Shown: positions 37,634 through 49,559 of the stretch, in pieces
How positions within the stretch are numbered: the stretch's first letter is position 1
How the letters are laid out: each line of letters begins with the position of its first letter
Source of the DNA: Narcine bancroftii
Taxonomy: Eukaryota
DNA length: 64,000 bases
Reading direction: 5' to 3'
Assembly (NCBI RefSeq): GCF_036971445.1
Contig: NC_091478.1
Coordinates: forward strand, 91,822,001 to 91,886,000
The notes under the pieces: generated by a model
What the model was told of the DNA's origin: nothing
What the model saw: the letters and a program-made list of their open reading frames with translations, nothing else
Database searches by the model: none
Program-made: the position numbers and the translations under genes

Positions 37634-39257
37634 CCAAATCTGCCAAATAGCTTTCAGACTGAAATGCTCACTATTTGTCTTTCCACAGTTGTTGCCTAAC
37701 TTGCATTTTCCTGTTTTTATCTCAAATTTCCAGTCTGTGCAGTTTTTGATTGTCAAGTATTCAAATTTACATCAATGTATGAAAAGAGCGATTGTACTGA
37801 TGAGAACAAAGCACTCTGCCACAATTAGCTCCAAGCAATCTTTGACAGATTTTCACATGGATTTAGCAGACGTATTTTTTTAAAAATGTGAGTTAAATTC
37901 AACTTGGTAAACTTTTGTTATCATAGATCCTAGTCACTTGCTCAAGGACATCACGCTAAAGTTACAAACAGACCTCAACTGATAAAATCTGTTTATTAAC
38001 CAAAATACATGAAAAGTTAATTATTTATACCACTTGTTTATATTGTTTTGTTTGGACAGATGCCATTCCAAGTTAATAGTCAAAATTAGCAGGGCACAAA
38101 TGTTTTGCAAAGGGACAGATCCATAATCTCACACACACATTTTAACTGCACATTGATATTAAACTTCATTAAGGTTACTGCCAACTTCTTGAAGATCTTG
38201 AAATAGTGCAATATCCGAATGCTGGAAATGCCCAGCATGTCGGTCAGTAGAAGGAAATAATATTAAAAGCATATTTTGAAACAAACTGGATAAAACAGTA
38301 ATCTGAAATTTTCAATGTTGAGGCCCGTAGGCTACAGCATGTCCAGTCAGTAGATGAGGTATTAATCCTCAAGTACATATTAGATTTTGTTGCAAGTACA
38401 GGAGGCCAGAGACAGAGGTTAGAGAAGGAGAGGAATGGTGAATTAAAGCAACAGGCAAACTGTACAAAAACATTTTGCTTTAATTACAATAGGAAGAGCA
38501 GACAATTCAATTAGGAAATTAACTTTTAATTACTTGGAAGAATGGTGATTTGACCAATTCCTGAGATGTCTCTGAGATCTGCTATTGTCAACTGTCACTG
38601 TAAAAGGCACAACTATTTACAAATGACCATTACAAAATAATAGATTTATGATCAAGGAGAAACAATAGGTGCAATATTAAACCATGGTCAAAAGACTGCC
38701 TTAAAATGGCAAGATTCAGATTTTTAAAAAATCAATTTTGCCTCGCCTTATAATTAATTTCAATACTTGAAAAACATCTGCCATTTTGCTGTTACAGATT
38801 TATGTTTCAGATTCTGCTCTGCACACATTTTCTCTTCTATAGGATCTTTCCAAAAATTAGGTTAAAGTGCTACTAACCTAGTTTCAGTGAAGAAAATTAA
38901 GGGAATTCTATATTTTTTGTATAACCTGAAAGCTTTGTTTCAGTTTTATTGGTTTCAAGAAAGAAATGTAATAGTCTTCCAATTTTATGCATGCAGAAAC
39001 TCTGAATTTGGCTCACTGCATTTAAACAAAAATTAAAGTCAGTTTTTAGCACATTCACAACACATTTTGTGAAAGCCTCCATAAGTTATACACAAATATT
39101 CAAATGTATTTTTATTTGGTCCTTAAAACATTTTATTGCAGTAAAGTTTACTGTCCGTAATCTAAATTATAATGACACAGCTTTTAAAAAAACCAAGCTG
39201 TTAAGAACCTAAAGTACTTACAAAACAGACCAAAGATCAAATTTTAAAAAATTATGC

Positions 39258-39490
39258 TAGGTTAGCATTGTGGTTAATACAACACTATCACAGCGCTAGC
39301 AACCCAAAGTTAAATCTGGCATTGTCTGAACCAGTTTGTAAGTTCTCCTACTTCGGTGTGGGTTTCCTCCAGCTGGTCTGATTTCCTCCCATGATCCAAA
39401 GACATATAGGGTTAGTACGTTAATTGGTTACATGGATGTATTTGGGCAACATGGGCCAAAAGGGCTTGTTACCATGCTGCATCTCTAAAT
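39258..39490 (+). mobile_element. Decayed V-SINE
   Basis: ggttagcattgtggtta...agtttgtaagttctcc...gtgtgggtttcctcc...tttcctcccatgatccaaagac. Confidence 0.7.
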
Positions 39491-40249
39491 TTATAATATA
39501 TACAAAAATCAAATGAATTTTAAAGGAGTGATTAGCAAAAATTGCTGCTCAAACAGTCTAACCCTCCAAAACTAATCCTTGAAATTTCAGATATGACTAA
39601 AACAGTTTAAATGTAAATACATGTTCATTTGGAATTCAGTATAATACTTTAAAAATTATAAATTAGTTCATGGTTGACTGACTATTTGAATTATATTATA
39701 TGAATTAGTCCTCAGTCAGCTTTGAAACATTCCTTGGCATTAGGGATTACTTTGGCAGAAGCTGAACACTACCCCTTCCCTTCACAAATTCCAGGGACTA
39801 AGCAGCAGTTTACTTGCCACCATTGCAGTTAACAGCTTTACAAAACTTTACATTACAGGAAGAATCTTGAGGATACGGAAAGGGTACAGAAGAAGTTAAG
39901 CATGCACAAGTTATGGGGAGAGACTGGACAAACTTGGGTTGTTTTCTCTGGAACTTATGAAGGGGAGACATAATAGAGGTTTATAAAATCACTGATAGGG
40001 TGGACCGTCAGAATCTTGAAAAATAAAGGGGAGTTTGCTAATAAAGAGATGTGGAGCAATAACTGGCAAGTAATAGGTAGATTCAGGTGAAAAGGGATTG
40101 AAGGTCAGATGGGGAAGGGATGGGTGGAATTACCAACAGCAGCTGGGAGGTGATAAGTAGAGATAAAGGACTGCAGAATATGGGATATAAAGGGAATCAA
40201 ATAAAGGAGAGATGGTGGACAAATGGGAACAATAAGTGAGGGATTCCAG

Positions 40250-40385
40250 TACATAGGAAGTAGGAACAGGAGTAGGCCCATCGAGCCTGCTCCGCCATTC
40301 AATACGATCATGGCTGATCTAATTTATGACCTAACTCCACCTACCTGCCTTCTCCCCATATCCCCTGATTCCTCTATCATGTAAA
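40250..40385 (-). mobile_element. CR1-type 3' end
   Basis: ggaacaggagtaggcccatcgagcctgctccgccattcaat...catggctgatct...ctccccatatccc is a typical CR1 3' UTR on the minus strand. Confidence 0.65.
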
Positions 40386-41019
40386 AGTAGAAAGAATGTC
40401 TGGATGTTGGACAGATGGAGTAGGCAGGGGAGGGAATAAAACATGAGCAAGAGGAGGCTGGGAGTGGGGTTTGGTGAAAAGCTGCATGACAGGATCTGGG
40501 TATCCTCTTCAATTCCGCTCGTTTGCCTTTTATAACATCTGTGCGAGGTTTGGAGGGTTAGACTGTTTGAGAGACAAAAGGACAGAGGGCCAGTCGGTTA
40601 TCTGAATTTAGATCATTCTCTATGAATGCCAATAAGTTGCAGTCTACCCATGCAGAACATGAGGTGCTGCTCTTCTCGTCTGTGTTGGGCCTCAGTCTGG
40701 CAGTGGGGACACCAAGGAGAGATGGGTAGGTGTGGAAATAGGAAACGAATTAGCGAACAACTAGTAACTTCAGATGACCACTATGGACAGAACCCAGGAT
40801 TTCAACAATAGGGTCATCTCGTTTGCTGATTTTGTATCCAGGAAATGACATTTAGAAGTGTGGTAAAGCAGGCATCACAGTAAACGTGGAGATGGGCACA
40901 CTTTAATATTTCTATCCAGTGATCTTTTATCTGAATAGTAAATTGCATTATTTGCAACTTTGACCTTGCTTTTCAATGCAACTTAACAATTTAAAGACGA
41001 CCAATATAGTTCCACGTAC

Positions 41020-41214
41020 CAGATGTGTCTTTGGAGTCTTCAAAATCCACCTGGAAAAAATAGCCGTTGTTCCTGAGTCGAAGGCAACTACTTGGGTCGT
41101 AGGAGATCTGTAAAGGTTTCAGTTTCGGATCATACATACTCCCAGCAGAGTTTATATCAATAGGAGACTGTCGGGTTCCGCTCGTGGCAGAAGTGCACTT
41201 CTGCCATTCTTGCT
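41020..41214 (-). CDS. CA5A: Carbonic anhydrase 5, exon 2
   Basis: ttcccag|(K)QEWQKCTSATSGTRQSPIDINSAGSMYDPKLKPLQISYDPSSCLRLRNNGYFFQVDFEDSKDTS|gtacgt; 195 nt, phase 1-1; RQSPI motif; Tyr at position 64 as in CA V. Confidence 0.95.
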
Positions 41215-41509
41215 CTGGGAAGAAAGATGAATAAAAACATTTAATCAGACTCTAAAAGCCAACAGATCACAGGGTCCTGGGATAAACGCCTCTCAACACA
41301 ACGGGCAGCTCGCACAGATGTTATAAAAGGCAAACGAGCGGAACTGAAGAGGATATGAAATCCAAGCTTTGGGCGCGGAGCTCATTCAAACAATCATTTC
41401 CGAATGAGAAACCCCACAAAGAGTGAATGACTTTGAACACAGTCTCTCCTCACTCTAATTTGAGGACAAGGAAATGGAAAATGGGTGGGATGCCCAGGTG
41501 CTTCCTTAC

Positions 41510-41624
41510 TTGTCTTAGCGCTCTGGCTGCAAGAGGCAAGGTTACAATTCCGAACTGGGATCCAGGAATGCCGCATTGGAAAACGTTTTGCAGAAATGAA
41601 AACCGACTTGAAAGAAAACACCAT
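41510..41624 (-). CDS. CA5A: Carbonic anhydrase 5, coding exon 1 (mitochondrial presequence)
   Basis: MVFSFKSVFISAKRFPMRHSWIPVRNCNLASCSQSAKT+A|gtaagg. Basic, hydroxyl-rich, no acidic residues; P.R.C.L..C motif as in CA5 N-termini; phase 1 matches exon 2. Joined CDS is 903 nt = 300 aa. Symbol chosen by synteny; the gene may be pro-orthologous to both CA5A and CA5B. Confidence 0.85.
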
Positions 41625-41639
41625 TTTCCTGTCACTCTG

Positions 41640-41900
41640 GGATTCCGACTCCGTGTAAACCGGGTAGCAAGCACGTTTCAAATAGTCAGGCTGAACTGGA
41701 ATCGATACAGTCATAGATCTATCGCGAAATATGTTGCGCTTTGTTTGTTTTCACCTTCCGGGTAAACTCCTTCTCCCCGCATGAACCCACCCAATCCAGC
41801 GAGCGAGGAACTAGGGCGCATGCGCTCCAGTCAAACTCCGCGAATCGAGTCACTTCAATGGGGACGGAAAGGGCTTCCGACGTCGGGATTTATTATTACT
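41640..41900 (-). promoter_or_regulatory. CA5 proximal promoter (small CpG-rich patch) with NRF1, ETS/GABP and BANP-like motifs
   Basis: GCGCATGCGC 41816-41825; CCGGAAG on minus 41755-41761; TATCGCGAAA 41720-41729. Confidence 0.65.
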
Positions 41901-44900
41901 GACATAAGGTCACCTGAAATCAATTTAACAGCCGAGGATGACATTCATTACATGGCCAAGAGCAACTGTTGGCCATCGAGCGGCTGCATTGCAAGCATAA
42001 CTTTTTTTAAAAAACTTTATTTAAGATTTTGCAAGCATAACTTTAATCTCAAAGTCTCACCTGGATTAGGTCTTGAAGTTACAGCTATCGAAGGCGAGAG
42101 GGTCATCACTCATGAAGAGCTGTTTTCTCAGCCTTGCACTTTAGTTAAAAAAAATATTATTTGCGGAGCAGAGTTGACAACTGAACTAGTGATGAAACAC
42201 CACGAATTCTGCCTCAACCAATTCAATAAACTCTGTTTATGTACAAGTTTCTGACTCTAAACGTTCACTGGCATCTCTTTCCACAGTCAAGCTTCTTCCA
42301 ACATTTTCTCAAGTTCATGATCCTCTCTGTGCCCAGATACACATAATAAATATTTTGGAATGATTTACTGTTCAATCTCTTATTGTTGTTTCGGATTCCA
42401 GCGTCTGCAGTTTAATTTGTTTTCCTCTACTGTTGATAATTATTTGATTGTCCCTCTTCAATGATTCAACTAGATATTGTGAAATTTAGAAAAAACATTA
42501 CAGCATAGAGTACAAGACAGAATAACATATTCTGGAGTTTTCCCTCTGCATTTGGATATACAAATAGCAAAGAATATTACATATCAAATGACACTAAAAA
42601 GGTTAGTGAAGCTCAAGTTCCAAAATTCTGAGGGATAAATGTGTCATTGTCACAAATAACATGACTGACTGAACATGAAGTGATAAAAATGGTCCTCCAA
42701 GCAAAGTATATTTCACAAAAAATAACTGAAACTTCCAAGATAGGGAAATAATCAAAATCTGGCTTATCTATTGGATTTCCAAACCTCCGGCAAATAATTG
42801 ATTTTCATTCAGATTGTTTTGCAAAGTGACCCCAAATGTTAACTGTTTTAGTCGTCTAAAGAAAGTGATTTTTAAATGGTCATTGGTTATGTCAGTTGTT
42901 TGCATAAGATTTGAACAAACCACAATTAGAACATGTTACAGCAGTAACCAGTGTAAACATGGTGCTCCAAATAGAAAGGGAAAAATGGACAAGGAACCAC
43001 AAAGGATTTAATTGCCACTTCAGGAATTAATCTTTAAATTTGCAAGATTACAGTCTTGTGCTTTACTTTTTAAAGTTAGATATCTTTAATTGCTCAAACA
43101 ACCTCCACAACATTGACTTGCTGTAGTTGTCCACAGTTCACTTCATCCTCGGCCATATCCTTTTTCTTCCTCTGCAAGCATAGCACTTTGCCTTTTCCAT
43201 CCTAGTACATTCCTTTTAAACCCATTGCAAGCTGAACAATTTCAGACAGTGAGCAATTCCAGCTGTTATCTTACATTTTCGGGTTTCATAGATTACCTTA
43301 TTCTCCCCCTTATAATTCCTGCTGATAATTTAACTTTTTATTCTTTTAACTGATAGCTTAAGACCTGCTCTTGGTATTGACTAAATTCTGGATCTTTATC
43401 ACATTCTTTCAACTTCTTTCATTATCCATTATATTGTTTGATCACTCCCATCCTTCAGCTTTCATGGACCTAGAATTTCATTTGCTCCTCCCCAACTCAT
43501 TTTCTTGCATTGATAATCACAGTCCACTACAGCTCTTCACATCAAAAAATTCATTCATACAAATCCCATTTTATTCCTCCCAACATTCCAACACTAATCA
43601 ACACGCTAGACAATTAACCTACTAACCTGCACATTTTTGAGAAAACTTATGCAGTCAGAGAGAGTGTGCCAACTCCATGAAGACAGATCAAAATTGGACT
43701 GGTGTTTCCAAGAATTAACTCTACCAGCTGCCTAATTATATCTCCAACTTTTCACATATCTGGTGAAATTATTCTCCCCAAATGCTTTCCAATCCAGAGT
43801 TTCCAGCATTTTCCATTTTATTTCAGATTTTCAACATTTTCAGTAATTTACCTTTGGAACAAGAATAATTAATCTTGTGTCTGTTGGATCGTACTGTGTG
43901 AAGAAAATGATTTGTTAATATTCTCAAAAGAATTTAATTAGTTGTGAACATCTTCATATTTACAAAATTATTCTCCATCCACTTGTAAAGCTTGGGAAAG
44001 AGAGCCAGGAAACAGACTTGGTGGAGGAGTGTGAGTGGAATGAGATTACTGCAAACGTAGTTTTCAAATATATGGTCAAATATGCATCTCATTCCTCTGT
44101 CACCATTAAACCAGAAGGTCAAGTTCAAATTTATTGTCATATGTTCGAAGATGCAATGCTAGAGCTTGGTTTGCGAGCAAACCAGTAGACATCTTGTACG
44201 TAGTACAACAGGACAGTAAAAAAATGCAGCAATAGAGAGAGATCAGTTGGTTCAGAACAAAGCCATCATAGTTTAACTACAGTTAAATTAAAAAAATCTG
44301 CAGATGCTGGGGTCAAGGGCAATACACAAAAGTGCTGGAGAAACAAACAAATTGAGCAGGTCATACAGCATCCAAGCAAAAATGCAATCAATATTTCAGT
44401 AAAAACACAATGCTGGAGAGAAGGTCATACCTTGTCCAAGGGCTCAACCCAAAACGTTGGTTATGCATTATCATCTTTGCTCTATAAAGTACACTGTTTG
44501 ATCTGCTGAGTTTCTCCAGCATGCGTTTTTACTTCAATCATAGTGTCTCCAGACTTTTCTGTTTTAGTTAATTTTTCAGGCTTCAGCTCTTGGTCAAGAA
44601 CCTGGAAAAATAGGTAGACGCTGCAATAAAAAGATGGGTGGAAATGGGAGGAAGAAGAGGGAAGAGCACAAGCTAACTGATAGGAGCTAATGTGGATTCA
44701 GATGAGAAAGAAGCTGAGAAGTGATAGGGGATGAGGGTCATGGACAAGAAGGATAGCTCTCTGATGGAAGGAAATGAAGAAGGTGAGAAATAATCAGGCC
44801 AAATTACCTTCAACTGCTTCATCAATAGCCCCATTAAAAACCTGAAGCTTAAGTAATGAGAGCAAGCCAATCAGCCTTTTAAGCTTGCTTGACTCTTCAT

Positions 44901-45489
44901 TTAAGATCATGGCTAATGAAATTTTGGCCTCATCACCACTTTCCCATTCTTTCCATATATCCCTTGTAGTGCAAATGTCAATCTCGACCTCAAATACATT
45001 CAATGACTTCATGTCCTCAAGTCTTTTATACTCTCAAAGAGTCAGGCCCCTGTGAAGAACTTCCTCTTCTGCATCTTAAATGATTTTCTTTATTCTGAAA
45101 CTACATCCTCTTGTTTCAGAATCTCCAACGGCATCTTGAATGTTTCAATAGGATTACCTCTCTTCTAAACTCCACTCAATATTTCATCATAAGTCAATCC
45201 CTTCATCCCTGGAAACAATCAAGTGAACTCCTTTACAGTGACTCCAATGAAAGATTATTCTTAAATGTGCAGAACAACATTATATATAATATTCTAGTTG
45301 CCCTCTCACTCGTATTTTATAAAGTTGGATTTTAACTTTCCCCCTTTTATACACCATGCCTCTTCCAATAAAAGCCAGCAATTCTTTAACCTGACTGAGC
45401 AGTTTATTGATAACTGCACAATCAGTCCCTTTCACAATTCCTCAGATTAAAAAAAAACTTTTAACATCTTCTGTGAAGAGTAGTATCCA

Positions 45490-46300
45490 TTTAATGTATC
45501 ACGCAAAAGGTGGGGTGGTCTCCTAAAATGCCCTTGTCCCAGAAAAGATCAATACCTATCACTCTGGACAATAAGATCCTGGACACCTGGTACCAGAAGG
45601 GGATCAGATGTATCGAGGATTGTTATGAAGGAGGGCAACTTTGCACAGCTGATTAAGTATGATTTGTCAAATAAAATCACCTTTTGGTATCTTCAGTTAA
45701 GATCTTTCTTGAGGGATAATTTGGGACTATTTATGGCCCTACCTGTGTGTAGTGACATGGAAATTCTAATTCGAAGGGGAAATATACGTAAATTTATTTC
45801 TATGATGTATCTCCTATTCCAAAGTAAGGGCCCGAAGCTGGACTTATATAAGGCAAGGGAAAGGTTGGGCACAACAATCCATGAGCAGTGCTGGTCAGAT
45901 CTCTGTCAGGACAGCATGACAGCAGTTATTAATGCCAGGTACAGGATGGTGCAATATAATTTCTTGCAAATAGAAGGTAAAAATCCATACTAATAGTGGA
46001 ACGATTGAGATAAATGAAGTGGGTCATAGTGCAGACAATGTGCTCTTGTTTTGCATCTTTTTCATTTTACTTTGTTACTCTAAGTTTATATTTGGTTCCT
46101 TTAAGGGTCTGTGACTCTATAGATTTTTGGTTCTTTATATTCTTTACATAATCTTTTCCTTGTGGTATTAGGGTATAGAAGGGAAGGGAGAGGGTGGGCA
46201 GGGGGAATGGACTCTGAATGTCATGTATCATTATTGAGAAGGTTGTACTGTTGTTTTGGATTTGTGCGAGTCTTGGAAAATCAAAAAATTAAAAAGAGTG
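45490..46300 (+). mobile_element. L1-like LINE 3' fragment
   Basis: FWYLQLRSFL...ISMMY..L...W...C......INARYRMVQYNFL, with an A-rich end near 46290. Confidence 0.65.
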
Positions 46301-46579
46301 GTATCCAGAATTAAACATATATGGCCAGATTATGCCATTGCAAATACTCCCATTTGAACTTACTTAAAGCAAAGCACACATTTTACTGTTCTAAAACACA
46401 CTTAGTTTCAGCTGAGAGGATAGATAGGAAGCAAGGTCTTGAATGATATTATGAAAAAGCATTGCTATGAAAATTTCCCCCAGTTTTGAAAGCTGGCAAA
46501 GCCAATTTCTAGCTTTGTTGGCTGTCAAAAATTTCATACATGTGGTCAATTACATCAGCCACAGGATATCATTACGTTC

Positions 46580-47020
46580 TTTTTTTTAAATTTTTAAACA
46601 TTTTTCACACTGTGAACCATATCAATCAAAATACATACAAAAATTTCCCTCTTAAATATACACAGTGGCATTTTCTCCCCATTTTTCCCCCCCTACCCTC
46701 CCCTCTCCAAACCCACTAAATGCTCAACGTAATTTTTTTGGCTTGGCTTCGCGGACGAAGATTTATGGAGGGGTACGTCCACGGCTGCTGCAGGCTCGTT
46801 GGTGACTGAAGCATCTTGGTGCCTCACAGTTCGACAGGCAGCAACCTCAACATATACAAAACAATAAAACTATTAAACAATGTCATCACGCAATGAAAAT
46901 AAACAAGAAAATTGTCTCATCTACTTTTACACACTGGATCAAGTCATTTTGTCTTCTTCTCATTTTAGGGGGGGTGGAGGTCCGAGGCAAGCCCTCTCTG
47001 TTATGTTCCATGTATGGTAT
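46580..47020 (-). mobile_element. L1-like 3' end (same family as 6625-6800) containing an RTE insertion
   Basis: aaacaatgtcatcac.caatgaaaat.aacaagaaa is shared with 6627-6662. Confidence 0.7.
46733..46847 (-). mobile_element. Short RTE insertion with an inverted 5' segment
   Basis: 46733-46808 is the RTE 3' end; 46811-46847 is the reverse complement of 948-984 (33/37 match); flanked by ctcaac on both sides. Confidence 0.8.
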
Positions 47021-48984
47021 TACAAAAGTTCTTCAAGTCAGCATCCCATGTCAACCATCTTCACCTGCTTCATTAGTAATTTCCTTGCCATCATAATTAG
47101 AGTTGTATAGCACAGAATCATCAGCCCAACACATCCACAAATACACAATGCCCACCTTCGCTATTATCTACAAACGCTTATGCCTCTACTCCCTTCCTTT
47201 CCATGTACCTATCCAAATGCCTTTTAAATAGGGAATTCTATCGGCCTCTACCACCTCATTCCATATAATTCCCACCTGTGAGGTAAACCCTTCCTTGTTG
47301 ATACCCTTTAAATTTTTCCTCTCTCACCTTTAAACTTATAGCCCTCTGAATTTAGACTTCCCTATCCATGTCCCCCATAATCATAAAAATTCACAAGGTT
47401 GCACCTCAGTCTCCTCTGTTTCAGTGAGAATAAACCCAGCCTTTCCAATCTCTCCTTGCATTCCAGGCAGCATCTTGGTGAATCTCTTCTGCACTTTTTA
47501 TAATGCTACCGTACCTTTCTTGCAATGTGGCAACACACACCATACAAAATACTCCAAATGCATCTTAACCAACATTTTTTACATCTGCAACATGGCAGGG
47601 GGGGGGGGGGGTCCCCAATTCTTATGCTATGTGTGTTGATCTGGAAAGGCCAGCTTTATGACCCTATTCATCTTGTTCCACCATTTTCAGAGAATTAATG
47701 ACTTTCACCTAAACCTAAGATGTATTTCCTATTGCAGACCAATAGCTCGAAACCGGGCTTGCACAAATCGAGGGAAAGGTAGGAGACAGACAGGAGGTAA
47801 AAGTATTCAAGAACAACATTGGTCAAAATTGTGCGCTGTTAATATCATTTATTAATGTCAGATATAGATTGATAGAGTACAATTTTATGCACCAATAATA
47901 CCTTACACCACAAAAATTATATGGTTATGGTTTAAAATCTGAAATCCGAACTTGTGTTGCATAGAGGTTGGAACTTTTATACATTTAACCTGGATATGCG
48001 TGAATGTAAGATCCTTTTGGTATGACTTTGCAGAAATTTTGACAAAAATCATAGAAGTGGATTTTCCATTGGAACCAGAACTGTATTTACTGAGCAATCT
48101 TATGGTTTATTGGCACAAAACTATTAAAATATCAAATGCATTTTGTGAGGAATGCACTAGCGGTAGCCAGATGTATCATTGTTATGTGGAAGCCCAACTC
48201 CCCCAAGCTCTTCCAGTGAAGGCAGATTCAAAATACTTTACTATTATGGATGCAAAAAATTTGAAATTAAAAAACATTGTAAATAATCGGATCAGGTAAC
48301 GTCCGCTGAAATAAACTTAATATTTGAAATTATTTGAACAGATGCAAATGAAACCTTGGACTACCCTTCCTTATTTGCATACTTACAAAATATATTTGGG
48401 GTTCCTTTTAACTATCTATCTATTCTCAGCTTTAAAGTCTTCTGTAAACATTTCAATTACACATTTCAAGAAATCATTTTCACTTTTGCTCCTTATATCA
48501 CGAGGATAACCCATTTTAGAATAATCAAAATTACCCATTAAACCGAGCTTCATATTCTTGTTTCTTTGTTGTAATTTGCTCCTGTCCTTCGCATGATTTG
48601 ATGATCTTATTGGATTATACTTCTCCCAACAATTTAAATTCTAAATAAATATTTTAAAGGCCTCAACTACCTCGAACGTTTTCTACTATTAAACTCTACA
48701 ATCAATAATGCCATATTACTCTGCCTCGAGTCTACTGGCAAAGCTCAAAAAAAAATCTGATTTAAATCCCTACTTTGATTGCGTTTGGAAAATGGGGAGC
48801 TACCAGAATACACATTTGATAGGCCTTTGTAGAAAAACAGTGGTGCTGCTCGAGCTGGTGTAACGGCAGTGATGCTGCTGGTGTGGACCTGCAGAGAGCA
48901 GAGTCACAGGTGCCCAGTCTGACTGCCATCGTCTTCGCTTCGAACAGCCAACAAACAGAGCCAACATTGATTTTATTTTAAAAT

Positions 48985-49470
48985 CGTGCGTCTGTGGGTC
49001 TGGGCCCAAGATGGTGGTACCTATGATTGGCAGCAGCCACGAGGCGTTACAGACTCTGCAGGGCACCAGAAACGGGGAGACCCTTCCCCATTTCAGAAGG
49101 AGAAGCAGAGGAGACGACCCACACGACGGAGACCCCGGCGGCGGACCAGTGAGCGGATCAGCGATCGAAGAAGCACACAGGCGGCGGGCCGTCGGCGACC
49201 GCAATCGAGGGATTCACACCGGGCTGCGGACAGGCCGAAGGCGGCACAGTACCGGGTGCCGGAACTGGGATGCAAGCGGGCACTGAAGGATTCCTGATGG
49301 CGTGGGAGGTTCAGATCCGGAGCTGGAGCTTGGTCCGGACTGGGTGCAGCTGCGGCAGCGCTGGAGGCAAATCCACGGACGCGCGGTGACTCTCTTTTGC
49401 TTCTTTCTCTGGCGATTTCTGCCGACGGCGAATCTGTCCGCCTTACAGCGGTGTAGTATTGCACTGCCTC
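48985..49470 (+). mobile_element. GC-rich unclassified interspersed repeat (family of 31862-33140)
   Basis: Shared motifs with the reverse copy in CA5 intron 4. Confidence 0.55.
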
Positions 49471-49559
49471 TGATCTTGAAAAACTCATGAAAATACTAGC
49501 TCCACCGGCAGGTGATAATGTGCACCAATAGACAGATTCCCATCAGTAACACCTTTTTG

